A stretch of 60,821 bases of DNA from Thermodesulfobacteriota bacterium (GTDB taxonomy: Bacteria > Desulfobacterota > GWC2-55-46). Location of the stretch: contig JBHHYT010000002.1 in NCBI GenBank assembly GCA_046757705.1, positions 1 through 60,821 of the forward strand, read 5' to 3'. Below the pieces are notes generated by a model that worked only from the letters and a program-made list of their open reading frames with translations, was not told where the DNA came from and ran no database searches. Positions 45,698-54,140 of the stretch are shown here, piece by piece (within the stretch, counting starts at the first letter, position 1; each line of letters starts with the position of its first letter). The translations under genes were made by a program, and so were the position numbers.

Positions 45698-46585
45698 CTA
45701 ATATCCGAAGCCCTTGAGGGAGGCCGGGCTGCGGGTCCACTCCTTCTGCACCCGCACGAACAGTTCGAGGTAGACCTTCGAAGAGAGGAGCTTCTCCATG
45801 TCCATGCGCGCCGAGGTGCCTATACGCTTGAGCATGGCGCCTTTTTTCCCTATTATTATCCCTTTCTGCGAGTCCCTCTCCACGTTTATCACCGCCGAGA
45901 TGGATATGACCCCCTTCTTCTCCTCGAACTTCTCCACCACCACGGCCACCGAGTACGGCACCTCCGCGTGGGTGAAGCGGAAGACCTTCTCCCTTACAAG
46001 CTCCCCGGCTATGAACCTTACCGGGGTGTCGGTGATGATGTCCTCGGGGAAGTATCGGGGCCCCTCGGGCAGCAGCCCGGAAAGCACCTCCTCCACCTCC
46101 TTGACCCCCTGCCCCTTGAGCGCCGAGACCGGGATTATGCCGTGGAATGCCAGGAGCTTCGAGTAGGCGTCGATAATCGGCAGGATGGAGGGTTTCCCCA
46201 CCCTGTCCACCTTGTTTATGGCGAGCACGACCGGGCACTTGAGGCGCTTCAACTCGCGGATTATCATCAGGTCGTCCTCATCCGGCCCCCCGGTGGCCTC
46301 CACCATGTAGAGCACACCGTCGACGTCCTTGAGAGAGGCGAGCGCCTCCCTGACCATGAACCTGTTTAAAAGCCCGCCGCCCTCATGTATGCCGGGGGTA
46401 TCGAGGAAGACTATCTGCCCGTCCTCGATGTTCTTCACCCCCCGGATGGTGTTGCGCGTGGTCTGGGGCTTTTCCGAGACGATGGAGACCTTCTCCCCGA
46501 GCATGGCGTTGAGGAGAGTCGATTTGCCGACGTTCGGGCGCCCGACTATGGATATGAAACCTGATCTGAATGGCATAATGACCAA
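45698..46585 (-). CDS. era: GTPase Era
   Basis: SGFISIVGRPNVGKSTLLN, DTPG, NKVD and a C-terminal KH domain (VERDSQKGIIIGKKG). Confidence 0.93.
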   Translation of the reverse strand: MVIMPFRSGFISIVGRPNVGKSTLLNAMLGEKVSIVSEKPQTTRNTIRGVKNIEDGQIVFLDTPGIHEGGGLLNRFMVREALASLKDVDGVLYMVEATGGPDEDDLMIIRELKRLKCPVVLAINKVDRVGKPSILPIIDAYSKLLAFHGIIPVSALKGQGVKEVEEVLSGLLPEGPRYFPEDIITDTPVRFIAGELVREKVFRFTHAEVPYSVAVVVEKFEEKKGVISISAVINVERDSQKGIIIGKKGAMLKRIGTSARMDMEKLLSSKVYLELFVRVQKEWTRSPASLKGFGY

Positions 46586-46594
46586 AGAGTAGCA

Positions 46595-48022
46595 TTAAGG
46601 GAGTTTGGTGTCAAAGGGAACGGGGCGCCACGGGAGCACGGCGGCCGTAAAGACCATCAGGGGCGCGTAGGTGAGCGTGTTCCTGAGCAGCCCGGTGAGC
46701 TCGGTAACCGCCGTCACCTCGAAGGTAAGGTAGACGAAGGCGAAGGAGGCCATCACGAAAGAGAGCAGCAGGTAGAGGTACCTGGCATCCGTCGCGAGTA
46801 CGGCCCTGCGGTGGCGCGCCGTGGCGAGCGCGAAGAACGGGAAGAGCAGGCCGTAGTTCGCCCCGAGGAAGAACTCCCTGGCGATGACGGGAAAGACCTC
46901 CCAGTGGAGCGAGCCGGGAGCACCAGCCAGCTTCGGGTCGCTCAGCCACGTAAGGTGCGAGGAGCCGAGGCTGCCGTGGCCGAAGCCGAAGCCGTACGCC
47001 GCCTTGAACAGGAGCCACGGGGCGGCCACGACGGCGAAGGGCAGCAGGAGCAAGGCCGCCTCCCTGAGCCTCTGCCTGCGCTCGACTGCAAGGAAGAGGA
47101 CGAGGACGAAGAAGACCGCGCCGAGGAAGAAGAGCCCCTCGTTCTTCGTGAAGACGCAGACGGAGGCGAAAAAACCGCATAGCGCGAGCGCGCCCCGCCC
47201 GCCCTCCTTCATGAACCTCCAGAGGCATACTACTGCGGCGAGAGCGTAGTACGCGAGCACGATATCGGAGTAGCCCTCGGCCCCGTGGTATGTCAGCAGC
47301 GGCAGGCCCGCCAGGAAGAAGACGGCGAGCACGGCGACGAAAGGCCCCCCGTTTCTCCGTACCGCCGGGTAGAAGACCCCGAGAAGCGAGACGAAGTAGA
47401 CGGGCGAGAAGGCCTTCGAGTAGACCTCGTGGAAGCCGCCGAGCCAGAGAGACGTCCACACCTCGAGCATCGGCGCCTGGAGCGGATGGCCTATGAACCT
47501 GTAGCCGGAGGCGAAGAAGTGTCCGGAGGCGGGGTCGAGGGCGAGCCCCCTGCTGTAGAAGAAGAACTTGGCGCCCGAGGCCCAGTGCGCCCACGTGTCC
47601 CACGCGGACATGGGGCGCGTAAGGCCCTCGTATACGACGAAGCCCGCCTTCAGGAGCACCCACCCTCCAAGGGCCACCGCCAGATAGAGGCGCCAACCCT
47701 CGAGCCGCACTGCCTGTACGCGCTCTGCGCCCTCTGCGCATGGACCCGCGCCGGGGACCGCGCGCCCCTTACCGGCGTACATCGATACGCAGGCCGCGAG
47801 CGCGGGCATGAAGACCACCGGCGTTATCACCCACAGGGAGAAGGGCACCCCGGCAAGGCCGAGCAGGAACATCGCCACGCCCAGTATGCCCGCGCCGACG
47901 CCTGCGCCGAGCGCCGCAGTCTCCATCGGCCCGGCCCGCCCTTGCAGCAGGAACGCCACCACGGGATACCCGGCAACGGCCGGTATGAGGAGGGCGGGCA
48001 GGAGCCCGTAGACGCCCGTCAT
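46595..48022 (-). CDS. Polytopic membrane protein, GT-C/ArnT-PMT-like putative glycosyltransferase (paralog of 49232..50662)
   Basis: 475 aa with about 12 hydrophobic helices. The loop motifs SAWDTWAHW and FTKNEGLFF are shared with the paralog (GWDAWLIW, WTKNEGLPF). The functional assignment is by resemblance only. Confidence 0.5.
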   Translation of the reverse strand: MTGVYGLLPALLIPAVAGYPVVAFLLQGRAGPMETAALGAGVGAGILGVAMFLLGLAGVPFSLWVITPVVFMPALAACVSMYAGKGRAVPGAGPCAEGAERVQAVRLEGWRLYLAVALGGWVLLKAGFVVYEGLTRPMSAWDTWAHWASGAKFFFYSRGLALDPASGHFFASGYRFIGHPLQAPMLEVWTSLWLGGFHEVYSKAFSPVYFVSLLGVFYPAVRRNGGPFVAVLAVFFLAGLPLLTYHGAEGYSDIVLAYYALAAVVCLWRFMKEGGRGALALCGFFASVCVFTKNEGLFFLGAVFFVLVLFLAVERRQRLREAALLLLPFAVVAAPWLLFKAAYGFGFGHGSLGSSHLTWLSDPKLAGAPGSLHWEVFPVIAREFFLGANYGLLFPFFALATARHRRAVLATDARYLYLLLSFVMASFAFVYLTFEVTAVTELTGLLRNTLTYAPLMVFTAAVLPWRPVPFDTKLP

Positions 48023-49152
48023 CGCGCCCCCCCGGCCACCCTGTAGAGCGCGCCCCTGTCCCCGAACCGCGCGTAGGGGAGCACCGGGGCGGCGACGACC
48101 TTCCCCCTTTTTTCAAGCGCCCGTTGCCCGGCGTCGTATACGACCTCCGGGTCGTTGTACGTCCAGACGTATGGCGCGTCCCTTGAGGTAAGGACGGGGA
48201 GCATGAAGTACCTGCCCACCGTGGCGAGCGCCTCCTCCGGGGCCTCCAAGGGCCGCACGCTCGCCCCCGCCGGCACGCTCTCTTTGACGAACCCGGTAAA
48301 GTCGATGAAGCCCCCGGCGTCCCTTATGTAGGAGCTGTAAAGGGATCTTATCCGCTCGTCGGTGGTGGCGGTCCTCGAGACGTCGGCCGCCCACACCCGG
48401 AGCCAGTTGTAGTCCATCCTGAGCGTGAAGAGGAAGGAAGCGGCCAGCATGGAGACGAGGACGGCGCTTGTCGCCGCTCCGGCCGTAAGCCTCCTGCCCA
48501 GCGCCATGAGCGAGACCATGATGACGGCCGCAAGGACGATGGTAATGTCGTAGAGGAGCGGGAGGAACGAGACCGGGCCGAGGCGCGGGCCGGCGACCGA
48601 GTTTATCGTAAAGCCGCCGATGGGCTCCGGCGCCCAGAAACCGGCCCACCACGCTCCGAGCACCTCGAAGGACGAAGGCTCGTCGAAGGATATGGAGCTT
48701 ACGCGGGCCGGGCCGGGGAACTCGACGGCTACGGTGGAGACGCGAAAGCCTTGCGGCACCACGTCCCCGGTATAGACCCTGTACTCGCCAGGGCCCGCCT
48801 CCGTGGAGAACTTTTTCGAGAACGTCCGCGAGCGCCCGCCCCTGAGCGAGGCCGCCACCCAGAGCGTCGCCTGCCCGGCTACGGTATCGATGCGAAGGCG
48901 CGCCATCGAGGCTGAGGGCCGGACGTCCAGGCCGCCGTCGGAGACCAGCCTCGGGTGCGCGCCTGCGAGGACGAGAGCGCCGTCTTCAAGGCGCGCCTGC
49001 GCGCCGGAGACGGTCCACGAGGCGAGCGAGCGCGCACCATAGGAGGCGGCCGCCCCTGAGGCCGCGCGCGGCTCGGAGAGGATGGAGCATGTAAACAGGA
49101 GAACAGCGATGGAAAGGGCGGCAAGGGCCCTCCTCGGAACAGGCAACGGCAT
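48019..49152 (-). CDS. Hypothetical exported/membrane protein (N-terminal signal, central TM pair, C-terminal domain related to 50666..51157)
   Basis: 377 aa with signal-like ALAALSIAVLLFTCSIL. ATGA overlap with the downstream GT-C-like gene. The C-terminal FIDFTGFVKESVPAGASV...GRYFMLPV...ALYRV parallels IYELTSRMASLIPPGSRI...ARYYLYPT...AIYMV in the 163-aa protein. Confidence 0.5.
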   Translation of the reverse strand: MPLPVPRRALAALSIAVLLFTCSILSEPRAASGAAASYGARSLASWTVSGAQARLEDGALVLAGAHPRLVSDGGLDVRPSASMARLRIDTVAGQATLWVAASLRGGRSRTFSKKFSTEAGPGEYRVYTGDVVPQGFRVSTVAVEFPGPARVSSISFDEPSSFEVLGAWWAGFWAPEPIGGFTINSVAGPRLGPVSFLPLLYDITIVLAAVIMVSLMALGRRLTAGAATSAVLVSMLAASFLFTLRMDYNWLRVWAADVSRTATTDERIRSLYSSYIRDAGGFIDFTGFVKESVPAGASVRPLEAPEEALATVGRYFMLPVLTSRDAPYVWTYNDPEVVYDAGQRALEKRGKVVAAPVLPYARFGDRGALYRVAGGAR

Positions 49153-49166
49153 CCCCGCTTATTTTA

Positions 49167-49202
49167 CAGGATGCTGAAAAAGTCCGTCCATGGCTTTTTC
49201 AG
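49167..49202. repeat. REP-like palindromic element, copy 3 (CAGGATGCTGAAAAAGTCCGTCCATGGCTTTTTCAG)
   Basis: A CTGAAAAAG/CTTTTTCAG stem around GTCCGTCCATGG. It lies in the 79-nt spacer between the two duplicated modules. Confidence 0.7.
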
Positions 49203-49231
49203 TTTTTCAGTTGCGACCTGCGGCAAGGTCT

Positions 49232-50662
49232 TCAGGAACGTTCGCGCGCTCCGGCCCCCGGTCCCTTCGACCGGAGGAACGCGCCGATGTTGACCGCCGT
49301 TATGAACATGAAAAGAGGTATCACGTGCAGAAGGAGCCTGTCAAGCGACGTCCTTACGTGCCAGTTGACGTCGAAGGGGGTTATCACGTAGACGAAGGCG
49401 TAGAGCGAGAGCTGGAAGAGCACCATGGCGTAGAGCGCAAGGAGCGCCCTGGAGCGCAGCCCGCGCCAGTTGAGCGCCGTGGAGGCCGCCAGGGCCCACC
49501 CGGCAAACGAGAAGAGGCCGGTCTGGAGGAAGATGTACCCGAGCATGGTCCTGACGACGAAGCCGAGGCGTCCGGCGTTGGCGAGGAACGTCCGGGGGTT
49601 GAACCTCCCGGAGAACTCGCTCCCGAGGGCGAGGTTCGCCTTGTACGCCGCCCACGGCACGATGAATACCGCCAGTACGCAGGCCGTGGCCTCTATCCTC
49701 ATCCAATCCTTCCTTGCGGCAAGGTGCGCCGCAATCAGGAGGAAGCCGAATGCCGCGAAGGGAAGCCCCTCGTTCTTCGTCCACGCGCCGAGGGCCAAAA
49801 AGAGCGCCGAGAGGAGTATCTGCCCCGTATCCGCCTCCGTCATTCCGAGGTAGAGGAAGACCCCGGCAAAGAGGAAGCACAGGGCGAGCGTAAGGTCCGC
49901 GTACCCGACGTAGTCCCCCCCGGCGAGAGGCCCGATAGAGGAGACGAACCCGGCGGCGTGCACCAGGAGGATGGGCGTAAGGGACAGGAGCGCCGTAAAG
50001 AGCAGCGCCGTGGCCCCGCCGGCCGCCCTCCTTGCGCCCCAATGGAATACGAGGAGCATGGCGATGAACTGGAGCGGGTAGAGCATCTCCGCCGCCATCT
50101 CCCCGGCATGGCCGAGCGCCGTGTAGACCCATGCGACCGAAAGCGGCACGAGAAGCGGGTAGTCGGGATGCGAGTACGCGTAGTCGGGGTTGAGGAGAAA
50201 ACCGCTGGTAACGCCCCCGTCGGCGAAGAAGGCCCGCGCCTTGAAGAACCATATGAGCCACGCGTCCCACCCGCGCACCGGCAGAAGCCCGGCGTAGAGC
50301 AGGGCGTACGCCGCCTGAGATACTATTATTACGATAAGGATTACGCCCGGCCAGCCCGCCTCCTTCAGGAGCCCCTTTGCGGCAGGCGCCCTGTCCTCAC
50401 GCGCCGGGGTCCTGAACACCGGCAGGTACGTAAGCCCGTAGAGCGCGGCCCACGGCAGGGCGACCACGAGAAAACCGAAGGGTATGGAGATGAGCGAGTA
50501 GAGGAACATCTGGAGCGAGACCGCCCCGAGCCCGAGCAGGAAGCAGAGGCCTGTGCGGGCTGGCACCCCGAAGCACGAGCGCGGTCTTGCCGCCCGGAGC
50601 AGGAAGCCGCCGGCCAGGACGAAGACCGCAAGAGAGAGGATGAGCATGAAGAGGTCCGCCAT
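49232..50662 (-). CDS. Polytopic membrane protein, GT-C/ArnT-PMT-like putative glycosyltransferase (paralog of 46595..48022)
   Basis: 476 aa with about 12 TM helices and the shared motifs listed for the paralog. Confidence 0.5.
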   Translation of the reverse strand: MADLFMLILSLAVFVLAGGFLLRAARPRSCFGVPARTGLCFLLGLGAVSLQMFLYSLISIPFGFLVVALPWAALYGLTYLPVFRTPAREDRAPAAKGLLKEAGWPGVILIVIIVSQAAYALLYAGLLPVRGWDAWLIWFFKARAFFADGGVTSGFLLNPDYAYSHPDYPLLVPLSVAWVYTALGHAGEMAAEMLYPLQFIAMLLVFHWGARRAAGGATALLFTALLSLTPILLVHAAGFVSSIGPLAGGDYVGYADLTLALCFLFAGVFLYLGMTEADTGQILLSALFLALGAWTKNEGLPFAAFGFLLIAAHLAARKDWMRIEATACVLAVFIVPWAAYKANLALGSEFSGRFNPRTFLANAGRLGFVVRTMLGYIFLQTGLFSFAGWALAASTALNWRGLRSRALLALYAMVLFQLSLYAFVYVITPFDVNWHVRTSLDRLLLHVIPLFMFITAVNIGAFLRSKGPGAGARERS

Positions 50663-50665
50663 CGC

Positions 50666-51157
50666 CTACCCCGTGACCATGTAGATGGCCTGGCGCCCCT
50701 TTTTGCCGGTCACGCCGTATATGTTCCTCGAGCGCACGACGGAGGTGAGCTCCGCCTCGAAGCTGGTGCCCGCGAACGCGCGCGGGATGAAGAAGACGAG
50801 GTAGTCGCCGTTTCTAAAGTCCGAGGGCTTGAGATTGTCCCCGGAGTTGACCTCGATTATCGGCGTTGGGTAGAGGTAGTAGCGCGCCTTTCCGGAGTAG
50901 TGCTTCGCGCTCGCCACAGGCGGGTTGAAGAAGAATATCCGGCTGCCCGGCGGTATCAGGGAGGCCATCCGGCTCGTAAGCTCGTATATCGGCCCTCCGC
51001 CGAGGGCCTCCCTCTGGACGGAGCCCATCCCGAGCAGCTCGGGGACTATGCGCAAAGAGGCCTGCTCCGCCCGGAAGGCCGGGATGAAGCCCGCGAGCCA
51101 CAGTATGATGAGCACCGGCGGGACGATGGCCGCCGCGTATCGGCGTATTTTTTTCAT
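50666..51157 (-). CDS. Hypothetical membrane-anchored protein (single N-terminal TM)
   Basis: 163 aa. MKKIRRYAAAIVPPVLIILWLAGFI is the anchor. The stop lies 3 nt before the start of the downstream GT-C-like gene. Confidence 0.5.
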   Translation of the reverse strand: MKKIRRYAAAIVPPVLIILWLAGFIPAFRAEQASLRIVPELLGMGSVQREALGGGPIYELTSRMASLIPPGSRIFFFNPPVASAKHYSGKARYYLYPTPIIEVNSGDNLKPSDFRNGDYLVFFIPRAFAGTSFEAELTSVVRSRNIYGVTGKKGRQAIYMVTG

Positions 51158-51171
51158 GGCAGGAGCCTTCC

Positions 51172-52581
51172 CTAACCGACCGTGTCGTACTCCCTCACCC
51201 TGAAGGCCACCCCGATGTCATCCTCGGCGACCTTGCGGCACGCCTCGATGTCGAGCCCGGGCACGGCCACTACGCTCGCCACTACCTTGGCGATGTACTT
51301 CTTGGCCTCCCTGAGGAAGTAGAGGATGGCGGGGTAGGAGTTCTCCCCGAACGGGGTCTTTATGAGCCTCTGGTACGTCTCGGAGTCCGGTGCGTTGAGG
51401 CTTACGGATATGGTATCAACGAACATCAACTCCGGCAGGACGTTCCTGCCGTGGACGAGGTTCGCGAGCCCGTCGGTATCTATCCTTATCCGGCACCCGC
51501 GTCTTTTCAGGTACATGCCGACCTGCTTGACGAGATCGAGGCGTATGAGAGGCTCCCCGAAGCCGCAGAAGACTATCTCGTCGTACCTCTCCTCCGGATC
51601 GGGGCCTATGGCGGCGATGACCTCGTCGAAGCCGGGCTCCTCGTTCAGGCGCAGGTAATGGCCCTTTACCGTGTAGGACTTGAACTTGGCGCAGAAGGTG
51701 CAATAGTTCGAGCACCGGTTCGTTATGTTCAGGTAGAGCGAGTTCCTTATGGGGTAGGCAATCTTAACCTCCCTGCCCTCGCCCTTCGCTCCGAGGCCGA
51801 AGAGGTCCTCGGCGTTCATGGATGTGATGCGGGCGACGTCCTCTACCGTAAACCCCTTTATCCCGGCTATGGCCTTTGCCGTCTCGACGACGAAGGCGGG
51901 CTCGTTCCTGCCTCCCCTGTGGGGCACGGGGGCGAGGTACGGGCAATCCGTCTCTATGAGCATCTTCTCGATGGGTGTCGCCTTTACTACCTCACGGAGC
52001 GCCCCGGCCTTCGGGAAGGTGATAACGCCCGTAAAGGAGAGGTAGAAGCCCATGGCAAGCGCCGAGTCGGCCAGCCCCTTCGAGCCGGAGAAGCAGTGCA
52101 GGACGCCTCCGGTCTCGTTTACCCCCTCGGCCTTGAGTATCTCCACGGTATCGTCCTCGGCCTCGCGCGTGTGCACGATGACCGGCAGGTTCAGCTCCCG
52201 CGCCAGCAGGAGCTGGCGCTTGAAGACCGTCTTCTGTATATCGCGCGGAGAGTTGTCGTAGTGGTAGTCGAGCCCGGTCTCGCCTATGGCCACGACCCGG
52301 CTGTTCTTCTGGAGCGCCATGGAGCGGATAAGCTCCCACGCGGAGCCGTCCACCACGTCCTTCGCGTCGTGCGGGTGGACGCCGAGCCCGGCGTAGATGA
52401 AGTCGTAGTAGCTCAACACCGGGGCAAGAGGGTCGAAGCCCCGGGCGGCGTTCCAGCACCCCACGGTTATCATCTTCTCGACACCGGCCTCGCGCGCCCG
52501 GGCTATGACCACGTCCCTGTCCGTGGCGAACGCCTCGCTGTCGAGGTGCGCGTGCGTATCTATGTACTTCGGTTCGTCCAT
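51172..52581 (-). CDS. TatD-family metal-dependent hydrolase fused to a C-terminal radical SAM domain
   Basis: Residues 1-260 are TatD-like (IDTHAHLD, IGETGLDYHY, HTREAEDD, LHCFSG, ETDCPYLAPVPHRG). Residues 275-469 carry the CxxxCxxC motif CSNYCTFC (51691-51714) and GFGEPL. Confidence 0.8.
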   Translation of the reverse strand: MDEPKYIDTHAHLDSEAFATDRDVVIARAREAGVEKMITVGCWNAARGFDPLAPVLSYYDFIYAGLGVHPHDAKDVVDGSAWELIRSMALQKNSRVVAIGETGLDYHYDNSPRDIQKTVFKRQLLLARELNLPVIVHTREAEDDTVEILKAEGVNETGGVLHCFSGSKGLADSALAMGFYLSFTGVITFPKAGALREVVKATPIEKMLIETDCPYLAPVPHRGGRNEPAFVVETAKAIAGIKGFTVEDVARITSMNAEDLFGLGAKGEGREVKIAYPIRNSLYLNITNRCSNYCTFCAKFKSYTVKGHYLRLNEEPGFDEVIAAIGPDPEERYDEIVFCGFGEPLIRLDLVKQVGMYLKRRGCRIRIDTDGLANLVHGRNVLPELMFVDTISVSLNAPDSETYQRLIKTPFGENSYPAILYFLREAKKYIAKVVASVVAVPGLDIEACRKVAEDDIGVAFRVREYDTVG

Positions 52582-52601
52582 GTAAAAGACATCAACCCCT
52601 C

Positions 52602-54134
52602 TCAGCCCGGCTGTATCCTCGGGAACAGCGGCGGGGACTTTACGACCTTCGCCCCCGGCGCGCCGGCGCCGAAGGCCACCCCCGTATCGAAGTCCGCCTT
52701 AGAGATATCCCCGGCGACCCCGAGGCTCGCCCAGACCTTGGCGGCGGAGGCTGGCATGAACGGGTAGATGTACAGGCCGATTATCCTCAGGCCCTCGTGG
52801 AGCGTGTACAGGACGTTGGAGAGCACCTGAGCGTCCTGCTCCTTCCACGGGGCGGCCCTGTCCACATATCCGTTGAACTCGCGCACCACGGCCCAGAGCC
52901 TGCCGAGCGCCTCTGAGAAGTTGAGCCCGTCCATGCTCCTGCCGTAGAGTCCGGGAAGCTCCGCGAGCATCGCCTTTATCTTTCCCTCGAGCTCCGCCCT
53001 GTCCTTCGACGCGTCGGGGGGCGGCACCGCGCCGTCCCTGTACTTGGTTATCATGGTGACCGAACGGCTCAGGAGGTTGCCGAGGTCGTTGGCCAGGTCG
53101 CTGTTTATCCTGCCCTCGAGCGCCTTCAATGAAAAATCGCCGTCGAGGCCGAACGGGACCTCCCTCATGAGGAAGTACCTGAAGGCGTCGACCCCGTACC
53201 TGCCTATGACCTCGACGGGGTCGACGACGTTGCCCTTCGATTTGCTCATCTTCGTCCCGTCGACCGTCCACCAGCCGTGGGCGAAGACCTTCCGGGGCAG
53301 GGGCAGGCCCGCGGACATGAGGAAGGCGGGCCAGTATATGGCGTGGAAGCGAAGGATGTCCTTGCCGATGATGTGCACGTCGGCGGGCCAGAAGCCGCCG
53401 TGGTTCTCCGGGTACCCGGCGGCCGTCAGGTAGTTGGTGAGCGCGTCGAACCATACGTACATGACGTGGCCGGGGTCCGTCGGCACGGGCACGCCCCACT
53501 TGAATGAGGTGCGGCTTACGCTCAAGTCGCGCAGCCCTTCCTTTATGAAGTTGACTGTCTCGTTCCTGCGGTTGACGGGCTCTATGAAGCCGGGGTTGTT
53601 CTCGATATGCTCCAAGAGGGCCGGGCCGAACTTGGAGAGCCGGAAGAAGTAGCTCGGCTCCATGATCCTCTCGACGCCGCGTCCGCAGTCCGGGCACTTC
53701 CCGTTGACGAGCTGTTTTTCGGTAAGGAAGTTCTCGCAGGGCGTACAGTACCAGTCCTCGTACTCGCCTAAGTAGATGTCCCCCTTCGCGCTGACCACTT
53801 CCCACAGGCGAGTGGCGGCCTTTCCGTGCCTCTCCTGCGTGGTGCGGATGAAGTCGTCGTTGGAGATGTTCAGCGCCTCCCAGAGGGCGGCGAAACGCTC
53901 CACCACCCGGTCGGCGAACTCGAGCGGAGGGAGCCTGGCGGCTGCCGCCGCCTTCTCCACCTTCTGCCCGTGCTCGTCGGTGCCGGTGAGGAAGAGGACC
54001 TCAAAGCCCTTGAGGCGCTTGTACCGGGCCAGACAGTCCGCGGCGGCGGTCGTGTACGCGTGCCCTATGTGGGGCACGTCGTTTACATAGTATATGGGTG
54101 TGGTTACGTAAAAGGTCTTCTTATCGGATGACAT
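52602..54134 (-). CDS. metG: Methionine--tRNA ligase (short form, zinc-knuckle CP domain)
   Basis: HIGH motif (PHIGHAYT), KMSKS motif, and zinc knuckle CTPCENF...CPDCG. Confidence 0.93.
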   Translation of the reverse strand: MSSDKKTFYVTTPIYYVNDVPHIGHAYTTAAADCLARYKRLKGFEVLFLTGTDEHGQKVEKAAAAARLPPLEFADRVVERFAALWEALNISNDDFIRTTQERHGKAATRLWEVVSAKGDIYLGEYEDWYCTPCENFLTEKQLVNGKCPDCGRGVERIMEPSYFFRLSKFGPALLEHIENNPGFIEPVNRRNETVNFIKEGLRDLSVSRTSFKWGVPVPTDPGHVMYVWFDALTNYLTAAGYPENHGGFWPADVHIIGKDILRFHAIYWPAFLMSAGLPLPRKVFAHGWWTVDGTKMSKSKGNVVDPVEVIGRYGVDAFRYFLMREVPFGLDGDFSLKALEGRINSDLANDLGNLLSRSVTMITKYRDGAVPPPDASKDRAELEGKIKAMLAELPGLYGRSMDGLNFSEALGRLWAVVREFNGYVDRAAPWKEQDAQVLSNVLYTLHEGLRIIGLYIYPFMPASAAKVWASLGVAGDISKADFDTGVAFGAGAPGAKVVKSPPLFPRIQPG

Positions 54135-54140
54135 CAGCCC

